Below are positions 10,404 to 21,174 of a stretch of 61,102 nt of DNA, piece after piece. Positions within the stretch are counted from its first letter, which is position 1, and the number at the start of each line of letters is the position of its first letter. This DNA is from a virus. Lineage: Duplodnaviria; Caudoviricetes. Below the pieces are notes generated by a model. It made no database searches. It was given only the letters and a program-made list of their open reading frames with translations, and was not told where the DNA came from. The stretch is taken from IMG/VR virus record IMGVR_UViG_3300030107_003962, positions 1 to 61,102 of that record. One strand, written 5' to 3'. The translations under genes were made by a program, and so were the position numbers.

Positions 10404-12304
10404 TGGCAGTAGATTGGAGAGGGATGGCATTAGCTTTTGCTCAATTAAAGGAAATGACTGAGCCATCAGATGTAGATACAATGGTTAAGGAATATGAACT
10501 TAGAGCTATTGAGCAAGATAAAAATCTTGCATTCAAAACTGCTGAGATGAACTTTAATTCCTTAAAAGAAGAATATCAAGATAATCAAAGAGAATATAAG
10601 ACAATGAGAGATAGCATTACAGAGATGAATGCTAATGCTTTAAATCTGGCGGATGAATATGTTTCTCCGCAATTCTCCGATTTAATAGCTGATGGTCCAA
10701 TGAAAAACACAAAGCAACTTGAGCAAAAAAATTCAAGAATTGCATTTGAGTCAAATAAGTTAATGAGCGAACTCTCCCAGATGTCTAATATTTACAAGAA
10801 TATGAAACACGGACAGCAACTTAGAAAAGAATGGGGTGGGGCTGCTTATAGAGAGTTTTATACTGACGTTGATGGTAATTTCTTTGATGAGAATGGGACC
10901 CCCTACACCAAAGACTCTCCAGATGTAACTCCTCATTCTTGGGATTTAGATAATCCGGGAGCAGAGGGATATGAGAGGTTAAGCGAGAATGAATATAAAA
11001 TTGCCCTTGATAAAATAATAGAAATAGAAGGAACATTACCTGATGGGACTTATGACCCTACTAGGGTAGAAGGTCTTGAGCATGGATTTTGGTCAGGCTT
11101 TAATTATGCAGACATTAAAGATGATGAATATAGAGCTATAACAACTGAATCGATTAAAAGAAAAGATGAGAAAGAAGATATTTCCGTTAAGGCTGTTAAT
11201 CTACAAAGTAAAAATATAAATTCTACCAATAGGCTAAATATGCTTTATGCTAAAGATTACTATGAAGCAAATGAACTTAAATGGGATTCTCAATATAATA
11301 CCTTTGAAGACTATTACAATAGTTTAGGTGCCGAAGAAGCAGGAAATTTAGATGCGGATGTTACAATGTGGAAGGAAAAGCAAGATATCCAAAGGAAAAA
11401 TGCTCCAGACCCTGACTTCACATCGAAGCAACACGCAACATATGGTGGCGCAAATAACATAATAGACAATGAAGAAGAAAGACAAAATGCTAGGACTGCT
11501 TTCAGGACTAAGGCAAATAAAGAAGAGAAAATAAATACAATAGCCCAAGGATTTGTTCCATACCTACAAAACCTTATGGATTATAATCTAAATACAGAAA
11601 TAGACGTAGAGGATGGGGAGAGATATTTAAAGGATGATAGTGAATGGGATGATAATAAGATGAACGCTACAGCTCTGGCGTTAAATGAATTTATTTCTCA
11701 ATTAAAAGGAGTAGATGGAACTATAACAATTGGCGACTCTGTTATCAATCCATTGAATATTCCTAACATATTATTGCCGAATAATACTTTAGATGAGGCT
11801 TATGCTAACTGGGAAGGTAAAAATTACGTTATGGGAGAGCCCGGGGCTAGTAATAAATATGACACAAGTTGGAATCCATTTAGTTATGGTGAGATGCCAT
11901 CACCATTTAGTGCGGAATCTGTTTTTAATATTACTACGTCTCCGACAGGACAAGCAACATACGATGATGAAGTTATAAAATGGGCTGAAGATAGAGAACT
12001 AACAGCTCCATTAGCTGGATTCACAAAAGAATTAGAGAATAAAATTCTATCTGGAGCTTTCCGTCAATTAGGTGGAGATGATAAAGAAAACATGGCTATT
12101 TTACTCGAGGCTAAATCTAATTTTGACTATGTTGTTGATAATTTTGAAGCATTTAGACAAGGAACTATGAGTCAAGATAATGAGAGAGTATTTAAAGAAG
12201 CTCTAAATAATATGTATGATTTGTTTGGAGACCATTTTACGACAAGTAGAAATGAATTAAAATATACATATTGGAATGATTCACTAACGGCAGCTAGGAG
12301 ATAA
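10403..12304 (+). CDS. Putative internal virion/ejection protein (T7 gp15-like position)
   Basis: 633 aa, N-terminal coiled coil, position in the ejection block. Confidence 0.5.
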   Translation: MAVDWRGMALAFAQLKEMTEPSDVDTMVKEYELRAIEQDKNLAFKTAEMNFNSLKEEYQDNQREYKTMRDSITEMNANALNLADEYVSPQFSDLIADGPMKNTKQLEQKNSRIAFESNKLMSELSQMSNIYKNMKHGQQLRKEWGGAAYREFYTDVDGNFFDENGTPYTKDSPDVTPHSWDLDNPGAEGYERLSENEYKIALDKIIEIEGTLPDGTYDPTRVEGLEHGFWSGFNYADIKDDEYRAITTESIKRKDEKEDISVKAVNLQSKNINSTNRLNMLYAKDYYEANELKWDSQYNTFEDYYNSLGAEEAGNLDADVTMWKEKQDIQRKNAPDPDFTSKQHATYGGANNIIDNEEERQNARTAFRTKANKEEKINTIAQGFVPYLQNLMDYNLNTEIDVEDGERYLKDDSEWDDNKMNATALALNEFISQLKGVDGTITIGDSVINPLNIPNILLPNNTLDEAYANWEGKNYVMGEPGASNKYDTSWNPFSYGEMPSPFSAESVFNITTSPTGQATYDDEVIKWAEDRELTAPLAGFTKELENKILSGAFRQLGGDDKENMAILLEAKSNFDYVVDNFEAFRQGTMSQDNERVFKEALNNMYDLFGDHFTTSRNELKYTYWNDSLTAARR

Positions 12305-15300
12305 ATGTCTTTATTAAGAACATTATTAGAAGAGCAGAGTTTAGACCAAGACGAAAGGCTTTTGCGTCATAAAAAAAGAAAAGAAGCTGAAGAGCTTAGG
12401 GAGATGCAGGAAAATTATTACGCAAAAAAGAGCGCAGAGTCTATAGTTGCAGATAATGAAGCCTCAAATAATAGACCTACATCAGATACCATATCATCCC
12501 TTTCAAAAAGAATAGAAAGAAATAAAAACAAAGTTGAAGAATATGTATCTTTATTGGAAGATAAAAATGATATAGATGAAAATGTGAAAAAGGGACTTAG
12601 TGGGCAGTTAATTGATTTAACTGGTGGTCAAGAATTCAACCTCACTCAAGCATATAAAGATAACTATATAAAAGAAAGAATAAAAGGCTCAAGGGTAGAT
12701 AATGATAGTTGGGGGTCTAGCAATGTTTATGATGCTCCTTGGAAAGAAAACTTAAATTATAATTATGTAAATTTCATTAGCAATGACTATGAAACATTTG
12801 TTCCCGGATTAGGTGGAATGATAGACGACGATGAGACTGGAGATTTTAATGAATATGTAAAGAACTATGACGACCCTAATGCTACTTTAGTTAAAAAGTT
12901 TTTATCAGATACTACAAGAAAGGGAGCAAATTTAGGACCTTTAACTGCTTACATTCAAGCTGAACACGCAATGGATATGTATCAAAATATGCAAAATCCG
13001 GGATATGCATTGTGGTATAAGACGATGCAAGATTGGAAAGAGAGTGGCGTTCCTAGTCGTGAAGCTCAACATAATTTAATGAAAGAGGTTTATGGTCTTG
13101 ATTATGATTATAGACAAGCAACTGATAGCTCTTTTGGTAGAGGTGGTCATGCATTTTTAAAAGAATTAACTTTAGGCTACAAGGCTCCACATATAGATAA
13201 ACTAGAAAGTAGAAGCGCATATGATGAATGGGCTTATACGATAGGGAGTTTAGCTGGATTTGGAGCAAGTTTCTTAGTTCCATATGGTGCGGCTGCTAAA
13301 GTTACTACAAAAGGTAGTCAATTATTACATAAAGCAGCATTTGGAAGCAACTTAGTTAAGACCGGTACTAGTGCTGCAGGTGCAGTAAACGCTACAACGA
13401 ATCTGCAAAGATTTGCAAAATGGCATTCCACTACTAGAGGTGGAAGTATGCTTAATCAATATGGTACTAATCTATTAGCATTTAATGCGCATGGACAAAT
13501 GTATAAAATGCCCGAAAATACTACATTGATGGATAGGTTGGAGATAGCAGGACATTCAACCGCAATGGCAACCTTATTTACTGGTTTGGGTTCTATTGGA
13601 AGACTTTTTGAAGGAGGTGCATATTTAAATAAAGGATACAGCAGAGGTAGATATTGGACAGCAAAAGGCTCTGAGACACCACTTGCATTTGGACTAGGAT
13701 ATGCTATGACACCTGATGACCCTGATAATCCTCACGATAATCACAATAAAATAATTAATGGTTTATTTTTTGCTGGACTTCATTCTTTTGGTACTATAAA
13801 AACTGCTCGAGGAGTAGTGAAAGATACTAAGACCGTAAGAAAGAGAATGCAAAAGATGCAAGATGAGCTTGGGAGAATATACGATAGAGGCGAAGTCATA
13901 AGAGGTGCTGATGGACAGATGCATAGAGTTCCATTTACAAAGGGTGATAAGAATTGGTTATCACAAAGAAATGAACCTCACTTAATATCTGTTAAAACAA
14001 AACAAGGAAGATTAGAGAATGTTGACTCCGGGAAAACAAAAGGAGAGGTTTTAATAGACACCGTAATTAAAAAATTACAAAGCAATCCAATGAAATTAAG
14101 CCATCACGCAGCTCAATTAAGACATCTTAATAGGATTATAGAGAAAGAATATCATCATCATAAGGTTACGCCCGAAGAATACGCTGCGAATAAAAGTAAA
14201 GCAACAGATGGTGTGGTTGCTAATCTGCAAACTCGTGGAGGGAAAGTCCCAACATTAGCAGAAATGAATTTTAATGCAAAGTCTAAAATAACTGATATGC
14301 CCGAGGTTGCCAAGATTAATACAGAGATGTCTAATCTCGCCAAAGGTTCCTCCCAAATGTCATCCGTAAATGCACAAGCTAAGTTAGACAAAGTTTTAAG
14401 CGAAGCATCCGAGGGTTATATCACAGATTCAGCAACTGGAGAAAGAGTTCCTATAACATCTGAACAGGTAATGGAATTAGATGGATTAACTAATGAATGG
14501 CAAACAAATATAAATAATATTGTAGAGGCTCGAGAAGCTACTACTGAGGCAAAAGTAGAAACTCCTAAAATAGAAACTGCCAAACCAGAACCAAAACCAG
14601 AAGTATCAGAAGCTGAAGATATTGCATTTGGAGATGCGCCCACTAATGTAAGAACTAAAAAACCATTAAAGCAATTTTCAAAACCAGTAACAACATTTGC
14701 TGAAGGTCAAAAAAGACTTACTGATATTAATAACTTTATATCAAATAAAAATGAGCAATTATCGAAATTAGAACCTGAAAGCAAAAGATATGAAGAAATA
14801 TCCGGGCAAGTATATGAGGCACAAGAATACAAGAATAATCTTCAAAACTTCCTTGCTGATAAGGGTATTATTAAAAAGCCTGAGACCGGAACTCAATTCG
14901 CCTCAGATGCTAGAGACCCATTAATGACCACAGAGCAAGCTATTGAGAATGTGGGTAGTCCAAAAGCGGTTCAATTTCAAGAGACATTGAGCAAGTTAGA
15001 CAAAGAACTTGGATTAAAAGCAGATTTAGACCAATCAGCAGGATTTACAGAGGAATGGGGCGATGAAAATTCATTGGTGAGTACGGTTGAAGGAACATCA
15101 CCTGATGTTAGGGCTAAGATGAGAGTTAGAGGTGCATATGTAGGAATGATGGGTAAGCAAAAAGATGTGGTTAATTTCTATGGAGATGAGGCGGGTCCTC
15201 ATAGGTTACATAAAATGACTATTCCAACAGAATTAGTACCGGAGTTAAAAGAGTCTTTAACGGAATTTGGTTTAGATAATAAAACAATAATCCCAAGGGG

Positions 15301-18300
15301 AGATAAGTCTGAGATTCTTATTTGGGACCAAAATGATTTAGATATAAATACAATAGAAAGGATAGCAGATTATTATGACACAAACTACGAAACAGAAGTC
15401 GGGGAATTTGAAAGCCTCACAGGGTACGCAGGTACGACGCAACAAGCTAACAGAGCATATCTTAGCATCCTCGGACAAGAAGCGGCCAACACGGGGCAAA
15501 TTAGTCAAATCTTCAGGGAAAACCTACCAGTTTTCCGTAGCAAGAGAACGGCAAAAGGGCTCATAGATAGAATAGGTCAACAGCAAATGATGAGTTTCAA
15601 GATAAAAGAAGGAACTCAATTTAAAAACCTTACTCCAGACCAACAATCAGCGGTTCTGGATGGTAATGCAGATTACTTTAGGAATTCCAGAGAGTGGGAT
15701 ACTAGCTTAGAGTTTGGTTCTGGTCCATTAACACCGGCAAATATAAATAATATGATGAAGCTAACCGGTATGGCGATTGATGCAGGTAGAAATGTATTAT
15801 TTGCAGACTTACCTAGATTTATAAGAAAACAAGCTAAAGGGTTAGGCATTGATAAAGATAATTGGACTGAGATGATGCAGAACTTTGAGACACTCCCAAA
15901 GAATGTTCAAAGTTGGATGAAGAAAGTTCATAGTCGTGTAAGTCAGTTAAACTTAAGAAATAAGCAAATTGATGAGGCTATAGATGATTTTGAGGTTTAT
16001 AGAAGCAACCATTGGAGAAGAGGAGAAACATTACCACCAGATAAAAATAAAGAATTAGCCCTTAAGGCAAATAAAGCAGCCCATATGATTGAAGATTGGT
16101 TGAAAGAAGGCGATATAGTTTCTGACAAACTATTAAAAAAGCATAAGAAAAAATTATTCAAAAAGACTAATAGTCTTGCAGACTTATTAAAAGAAAATGA
16201 AAAAGGGGAACTATTAAACGAACAAGCTGCGGAAATGATAAGTTATTATGTTTATACATTAAGAGCTTACCAAAATATAGGGCAAATAATAAATGGTAAG
16301 AAAATGAACATTGGAGATATAGGTGGTCATGTAAAGGAGATATCAGAAAGAAGTGCAGCAGAGCAAATAAGAAAACTAGATAATGACCATGCCCTAGACT
16401 ATATCTTAGAAGACCATCAATCATATGTTCCAAAGGATAAAACCTTACTTGAAGATGCTAAGATTATTCTCGCAAAAGGACCTATACAGAAACCCGGATT
16501 CTTTAAGAAACTAGTTACAATGTTTAATAATACCGAAGGATTTGCAGATATTATACAACAACAAATGGGAATTCCTGCTCATTCAATGGTAGAGAATGCC
16601 GCTCAGAACCATAGTGTTATGGAACAGAAAAATGATGAAATGTTCCACGACTTATTACAAGCTCTTTGGGATGTATATGGAACAACTAATCATCGTAAGA
16701 TAGATGTTAATAGAATGTTTAAAATACAGGCGGTTGGACAGGGCAAGGCTAGTTACGATAAGGATTTAAATAAAGGCGAACGGAGAGTATATGATGAGCT
16801 AAGAAAAATACTAGATAAGAGTGAACACATAGAAAGGTTTAAGGTAAATAGATTCCAGCATTGGAAAGACACCGGCTCTGTTCCAAGGGGTGTTAAAAAA
16901 GGTGTTATGGAAGAGCTTGATAGAATTCTAGTGGAAGATGGTGCGGCGGCTTTTAAGGAGCAATTAAATAAAACTGATGGTTTAATTATAACAGAGAACT
17001 ATATGCCCAACTTAGAAGAAGTTGTTGGGATGGAAGAGATGATGCCGGAGTCTAATCCAAATAAAGATATGAGTGCAGCTGCACCTAAAAGTAGAAAGAA
17101 TATGGGTGGAGCAGAGGGGAATGCAATTGATAATGTAATTAGATGGGGAAGAACATTGAATGCTAAATATTATTTAGACCCTAGTGTTCAACCATTTAGA
17201 GATGTCGTTCAAAGCGGTAAGGCACCACTACCGGTAGATAGATTTATGAGAAAGTTCGTAAAAGAACTTTACAATAGACCCGATGATGTTGATAATATGT
17301 ATGTAAAAGGTATTAATATGGGAATCGGAATGATTATGAAAACTGCATTCTTAGGTCCCGAGATTATAGGAAGAAACTTAGCTCAGGTTCTTACCGGTAT
17401 TCAATATATGCCACTTCCTCAACTAAAAACATATATGAAACATCTTATAAAACAAAGAGCGACAATTAAAGGACAATTAGATGTAACTAAAAATCCAACC
17501 TATGTAGCAGATTTAAAAAGTAACCCTCTGAAGATTCAAGCATTTATGTCCGGTGTGGCTAATATTAGAGGGATAGAAGAAGATATGGTTAGAAAGCAAG
17601 ACCACGAATTCTTAAGAAAAATGGGGGTTGCTGGAGAAATAGGTATGGCTTGGATGAATATGTTTCAAAATAGTGATACCACGAATAGATGGGGTATTTA
17701 TAGTCCTGTTTATGACCATGTAATGTCGCAAATTAAAATAGCTGCCAATAATAAACTTAAATTCTTAGAAAAATCTAAATCATATGACGGAGTTTCAATA
17801 GGTGGAAAAAATTTACCGGATGTGATTATGTGGGACCACGTTGGTCAATATAAATCAGTTCAAGACGCCTTACGACCGGTAATTGATAAAGCGTTACAAG
17901 GGGATGAATTAGCAATGCATTATCTAGCTCATAGAATTGCAAAACACATAGCCGGTCCAATGGTTAATTGGGACTATAGAAGATTTATGAGGAGTGTTGC
18001 CGAATTAGGTAGTGGAGTAGGTAAGATGGCTATGAAAGTTTTAGTATACCCTATGAGCTTAAATAGACAAATGTTTTATGATGTTCAAAAGATATATCAA
18101 GGTGGACAAGAATATATGGGAGGGCGATTAGGTGGTCGTGGAGATGCTAATAGGGGAAAAAGAAAGTTTTGGGGTGGCTTTAAAGGATTAGTAGGAAGAT
18201 TAGCTATAATGAAATTTATTGAGGAAATACTATTAGGAATTACTTATGGGCAAAAAGATGAAACGAATGAGTATGGTTGGGGATATAGAGTTCCGGATGC

Positions 18301-18724
18301 TTTTATGTGGAGTCCGGGCAGTATAGCAGATAATACATACGGAATGTTTATAGATATATTTGAATATGCCCTAGCCGGAGATGGAAAAATGTTTACAAAG
18401 TCTTTACATAGAGCATCTAAAAGTATGTTGCCGGGGTATAAACTAGCGGCTAGAACTGCCGGTGCAATCAAGGGTGTTGATGATGTTCAACCACTTGTAG
18501 ATTTATATGATACAATTATGGGTAATGAATATCCAAGCTATCAACAAAGAGAAATAGAATTTAATTTTATTCAAAGGATTTTCTTTGGGGGTGGCTTTAA
18601 AGATAAAGATTATTATTTTTATGAGGATAGAAAAACCGGTAAGCAAAAAAGAAGAAAAAGGACGGGTGGAACACTTAATAAGAAAAGGAAGAAAAGAAAA
18701 AGAGGGAGTGGTAATTTATACTAA
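12305..18724 (+). CDS. Large internal virion/DNA-ejection protein (T7 gp16-like position)
   Basis: 2139 aa, last late gene; amphipathic/hydrophobic helices at about aa 310-500, helical C-terminal half, very basic tail. Confidence 0.6.
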   Translation: MSLLRTLLEEQSLDQDERLLRHKKRKEAEELREMQENYYAKKSAESIVADNEASNNRPTSDTISSLSKRIERNKNKVEEYVSLLEDKNDIDENVKKGLSGQLIDLTGGQEFNLTQAYKDNYIKERIKGSRVDNDSWGSSNVYDAPWKENLNYNYVNFISNDYETFVPGLGGMIDDDETGDFNEYVKNYDDPNATLVKKFLSDTTRKGANLGPLTAYIQAEHAMDMYQNMQNPGYALWYKTMQDWKESGVPSREAQHNLMKEVYGLDYDYRQATDSSFGRGGHAFLKELTLGYKAPHIDKLESRSAYDEWAYTIGSLAGFGASFLVPYGAAAKVTTKGSQLLHKAAFGSNLVKTGTSAAGAVNATTNLQRFAKWHSTTRGGSMLNQYGTNLLAFNAHGQMYKMPENTTLMDRLEIAGHSTAMATLFTGLGSIGRLFEGGAYLNKGYSRGRYWTAKGSETPLAFGLGYAMTPDDPDNPHDNHNKIINGLFFAGLHSFGTIKTARGVVKDTKTVRKRMQKMQDELGRIYDRGEVIRGADGQMHRVPFTKGDKNWLSQRNEPHLISVKTKQGRLENVDSGKTKGEVLIDTVIKKLQSNPMKLSHHAAQLRHLNRIIEKEYHHHKVTPEEYAANKSKATDGVVANLQTRGGKVPTLAEMNFNAKSKITDMPEVAKINTEMSNLAKGSSQMSSVNAQAKLDKVLSEASEGYITDSATGERVPITSEQVMELDGLTNEWQTNINNIVEAREATTEAKVETPKIETAKPEPKPEVSEAEDIAFGDAPTNVRTKKPLKQFSKPVTTFAEGQKRLTDINNFISNKNEQLSKLEPESKRYEEISGQVYEAQEYKNNLQNFLADKGIIKKPETGTQFASDARDPLMTTEQAIENVGSPKAVQFQETLSKLDKELGLKADLDQSAGFTEEWGDENSLVSTVEGTSPDVRAKMRVRGAYVGMMGKQKDVVNFYGDEAGPHRLHKMTIPTELVPELKESLTEFGLDNKTIIPRGDKSEILIWDQNDLDINTIERIADYYDTNYETEVGEFESLTGYAGTTQQANRAYLSILGQEAANTGQISQIFRENLPVFRSKRTAKGLIDRIGQQQMMSFKIKEGTQFKNLTPDQQSAVLDGNADYFRNSREWDTSLEFGSGPLTPANINNMMKLTGMAIDAGRNVLFADLPRFIRKQAKGLGIDKDNWTEMMQNFETLPKNVQSWMKKVHSRVSQLNLRNKQIDEAIDDFEVYRSNHWRRGETLPPDKNKELALKANKAAHMIEDWLKEGDIVSDKLLKKHKKKLFKKTNSLADLLKENEKGELLNEQAAEMISYYVYTLRAYQNIGQIINGKKMNIGDIGGHVKEISERSAAEQIRKLDNDHALDYILEDHQSYVPKDKTLLEDAKIILAKGPIQKPGFFKKLVTMFNNTEGFADIIQQQMGIPAHSMVENAAQNHSVMEQKNDEMFHDLLQALWDVYGTTNHRKIDVNRMFKIQAVGQGKASYDKDLNKGERRVYDELRKILDKSEHIERFKVNRFQHWKDTGSVPRGVKKGVMEELDRILVEDGAAAFKEQLNKTDGLIITENYMPNLEEVVGMEEMMPESNPNKDMSAAAPKSRKNMGGAEGNAIDNVIRWGRTLNAKYYLDPSVQPFRDVVQSGKAPLPVDRFMRKFVKELYNRPDDVDNMYVKGINMGIGMIMKTAFLGPEIIGRNLAQVLTGIQYMPLPQLKTYMKHLIKQRATIKGQLDVTKNPTYVADLKSNPLKIQAFMSGVANIRGIEEDMVRKQDHEFLRKMGVAGEIGMAWMNMFQNSDTTNRWGIYSPVYDHVMSQIKIAANNKLKFLEKSKSYDGVSIGGKNLPDVIMWDHVGQYKSVQDALRPVIDKALQGDELAMHYLAHRIAKHIAGPMVNWDYRRFMRSVAELGSGVGKMAMKVLVYPMSLNRQMFYDVQKIYQGGQEYMGGRLGGRGDANRGKRKFWGGFKGLVGRLAIMKFIEEILLGITYGQKDETNEYGWGYRVPDAFMWSPGSIADNTYGMFIDIFEYALAGDGKMFTKSLHRASKSMLPGYKLAARTAGAIKGVDDVQPLVDLYDTIMGNEYPSYQQREIEFNFIQRIFFGGGFKDKDYYFYEDRKTGKQKRRKRTGGTLNKKRKKRKRGSGNLY

Positions 18725-19098
18725 TCCTCTTCTTGTTCGGGGTCGGGAATTAAGATTCCAAAATCAACAGATGCCCATCTAATAATTCTATCTAAATAAT
18801 CACGAAATTCATCCCTATCTAACTTAGATGTAGACTCTATCTTAAATTGATTTTTTAATACCTCGTGCATCTCTTCCCTAGTATAGCCAAGTTCATCTCC
18901 AAAAACCCTAACTACAACCTTCCAATAATAATTATTTTGAAAGTGTGTCCTAGAATTGACCTCAGAGATGGTAATATCTACCTCTCCCTCTAAGGTCTCT
19001 AGGAACTCTGACATTTTCTTTCTATTGAGGATTTTTAGAACTCTAGTGTTTTTATTAATTGTTGCTCTAAAGGATTTTGTTTTTGCTACGGGACTCAT
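18721..19098 (-). CDS. NinB/YbcN-like recombination protein
   Basis: RTHFQNNYYW...GYTREEMHEVLK...STSKLDRDEFRDYLDRI; likely start ATG 19098 overlapping the upstream stop. Confidence 0.65.
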   Translation of the reverse strand: MSPVAKTKSFRATINKNTRVLKILNRKKMSEFLETLEGEVDITISEVNSRTHFQNNYYWKVVVRVFGDELGYTREEMHEVLKNQFKIESTSKLDRDEFRDYLDRIIRWASVDFGILIPDPEQEED

Positions 19099-19385
19099 TC
19101 TGTAAACCAACTCCTAAGCAAAAGAAATGCATCTTTCCATAGATTTATTTTATATTTATCTTGAAATCTATTTAATCCTAAAGAGTGTCTTTCTGTGTGA
19201 TGAAGACGGCAAAGAGGAACACAAGTGAAATCTTGAAGAGTTCCCGTGTGTGTCCCCTTTTTTGCACCACCGCCCATTCCCCTAGCTTTGAGATGGTCTG
19301 CATCCACTTGTGTAGCTCCACACACGAGGCATACATTTGACCTCACATAGCTAAGATATTCTTTTGTTTCTTTTTTTAAATCCAC
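19095..19385 (-). CDS. DUF968-like Zn/HNH-type nuclease
   Basis: YLSYVRSNVCLVCG..DADHL..RGMGG...DFTCVPLCRLHHTERH; likely GTG start at 19385. Confidence 0.65.
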   Translation of the reverse strand: MDLKKETKEYLSYVRSNVCLVCGATQVDADHLKARGMGGGAKKGTHTGTLQDFTCVPLCRLHHTERHSLGLNRFQDKYKINLWKDAFLLLRSWFTE

Positions 19386-19591
19386 TACTCTGTTGGTGTT
19401 ATTATGAAGTCCCTTGCAACATCTGATGGCTCCATTTCGTCTTTTGATGTTACACATATGACATCTGCACATCCTAGCACATATGCCTCTGCACTTTCTT
19501 TGGTGTCAAATGGTCTCATTGGAAGAGGCTCGTCTGAATCTTTAAGCATATCTTTCCAACAAACCAAATAACTTATTGGTGTTTTAGTCAT
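19385..19591 (-). CDS. Hypothetical protein (68 aa)
   Basis: RBS AGGAGAATCAA-ATG. Confidence 0.7.
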   Translation of the reverse strand: MTKTPISYLVCWKDMLKDSDEPLPMRPFDTKESAEAYVLGCADVICVTSKDEMEPSDVARDFIITPTE

Positions 19592-19600
19592 TTGATTCTC

Positions 19601-19762
19601 CTATTTATGTATACCATATATTGCCTTACAAGATGGACAATTTATATCGTATTTATTGTGTTTTAATGGACAAAAGTATGGCTTGTATTTATCTAAAGGT
19701 GTAACCACACTCTTATCAATGTCTTTAAGTTTTAATGCACCATCGTAATCTGAGATACTCAT
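19601..19762 (-). CDS. 53-aa Cys/His (Zn-finger-like) protein (not in track)
   Basis: MSISDYDG...FCPLKHNKYDINCPSCKAIYGIHK fills the gap. Confidence 0.6.
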   Translation of the reverse strand: MSISDYDGALKLKDIDKSVVTPLDKYKPYFCPLKHNKYDINCPSCKAIYGIHK

Positions 19763-19772
19763 ATATTTATTC

Positions 19773-20381
19773 CTAGCGAAAAGGTGGACCGGATATCCAT
19801 ATAACTAGACTTTCTCGTTGCCCACTTATTATTGGTTTAACTTTATGTAATAAAAATGATGGAAATACGGCTAATGTCCCTAACTCTTTCGGGCATATAA
19901 TAGACTCTCTATTTGATTTGATTATCATCTCCCCACCATTGTAGTCTGTAGGGGAGGATAGTTGAAGCGATGCAGATATTTTTCTTGTCATATTTCCCAC
20001 ACCGGTATCTAAATGCCAATCGTAGTGATGACCTTGATTATATATAGCATATTGAAATGCCTCGTTGATTCCAAAGATATCAAATTTCCATAGCTTATTA
20101 TTTGAACTAACTATGCAATCTGCAATCCTTTCATACATCCATCTGTTTTCTTGTGTAGGATATAGCCAACCTACATTGGTCTTTCTATAGGAGTTATCTA
20201 CCTCTCTGTTACTAGTTATAGTCCCATCTTTAAATACTATCTTCTTTTTATATTCTTTTATTCTTAATATTTCTTCTTGTGTAAAAGGTTTAAAGGTTTG
20301 CCATTGTCCAACCCTTATCCCATCCATTTGGCTAGAGTATGTTTTCTGTTGAATTCTACTATTTAATGAATTACTTGGCAC
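19773..20381 (-). CDS. 2OG-Fe(II) oxygenase (PKHD-type hydroxylase)
   Basis: HYDWHLD...RKISASLQLS..DYNGG...FPSFLLHKVKPI..GQRESLVIW motifs. Confidence 0.9.
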   Translation of the reverse strand: MPSNSLNSRIQQKTYSSQMDGIRVGQWQTFKPFTQEEILRIKEYKKKIVFKDGTITSNREVDNSYRKTNVGWLYPTQENRWMYERIADCIVSSNNKLWKFDIFGINEAFQYAIYNQGHHYDWHLDTGVGNMTRKISASLQLSSPTDYNGGEMIIKSNRESIICPKELGTLAVFPSFLLHKVKPIISGQRESLVIWISGPPFR

Positions 20382-20655
20382 TTAAATCCTTAACTAAATC
20401 TTTGAATTTATATTTATTTTTTGGTCCATGTTCTCTTTTGGCACAAGTTTCACATATGGTCATATCATCGGTTTTTGTTAGATAGTTTATAATTGATTCA
20501 TATACAAAAGATTTCTTTAATGCTATGCTCTGCTTACACATTTCACAATAGCTTTTTTCTCTCTCAACTTTTGTCATTTTTACAATAGGTGTAGACATAG
20601 GTAGTTCTCCATATTTTTTGATTATATATCGTCTTAGCTTTCGCTCTGAGTCCAT
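20371..20655 (-). CDS. Zn-finger protein
   Basis: CEMC...CETC. Confidence 0.6.
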   Translation of the reverse strand: MDSERKLRRYIIKKYGELPMSTPIVKMTKVEREKSYCEMCKQSIALKKSFVYESIINYLTKTDDMTICETCAKREHGPKNKYKFKDLVKDLSAK

Positions 20656-21056
20656 ATTCTTATCTCAGTTCTTGGATTAAGCGAATATACTTTCATTGTT
20701 CTTAGGTGTGAAATACAAGCATCGTCTTTCCAAAGAATTTTATTGCCAGAATCCATAACAAATTTTACCAGATTGTCAATATCTGGTTTCTTTGAGTGGT
20801 CTTCTCCGATGCCCTTTTTGAGTTTATGAGAATACTTTCCCGTCCTAAAGTGGCTCTTAGGTCTCTTCATATAGAATATCATTTCTACAGATAATGGCTC
20901 ATTAAATGGTTTGGAGTGCATCATAGAGGCGAGTTGCATCGCAAATGCTTGTTTGTCCCGGCTATTCGGGTCATAACTTATTATTCTATTAGATGCTCTC
21001 CGATACCTATGTCGCTTTTGAGGGATAGGGTTACCATTTATTTTAAGTTCAATCAT
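20634..21056 (-). CDS. rusA: RusA family Holliday junction resolvase
   Basis: GNPIPQKRHR...KKPDIDNLVKFVMDSGNKILWKDDACI; likely start ATG 21056. Confidence 0.9.
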   Translation of the reverse strand: MIELKINGNPIPQKRHRYRRASNRIISYDPNSRDKQAFAMQLASMMHSKPFNEPLSVEMIFYMKRPKSHFRTGKYSHKLKKGIGEDHSKKPDIDNLVKFVMDSGNKILWKDDACISHLRTMKVYSLNPRTEIRIWTQSES

Positions 21057-21174
21057 CTTCTTGATTCTCCTTTTCAAGTCGCTTTTGGTGTCTTTCTGCT
21101 TTCAATTTGTCAAAGAACATCCTACCATCTGCCGTTATCCATATGTGTTTCAGCTCGTGTGATATAGGTCTCAT
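21049..21174 (-). CDS. 41-aa hypothetical protein (not in track)
   Basis: MRPISHELKHIWITADGRMFFDKLKAERHQ..., translationally coupled on both sides. Confidence 0.55.
   Translation of the reverse strand: MRPISHELKHIWITADGRMFFDKLKAERHQKRLEKENQEDD

Noticed and set aside
19386-19472. Cys-rich N-terminal extension of ORF 19095..19472
   Set aside because: It overlaps the upstream gene in another frame; the coupled GTG at 19385 is the more plausible start.
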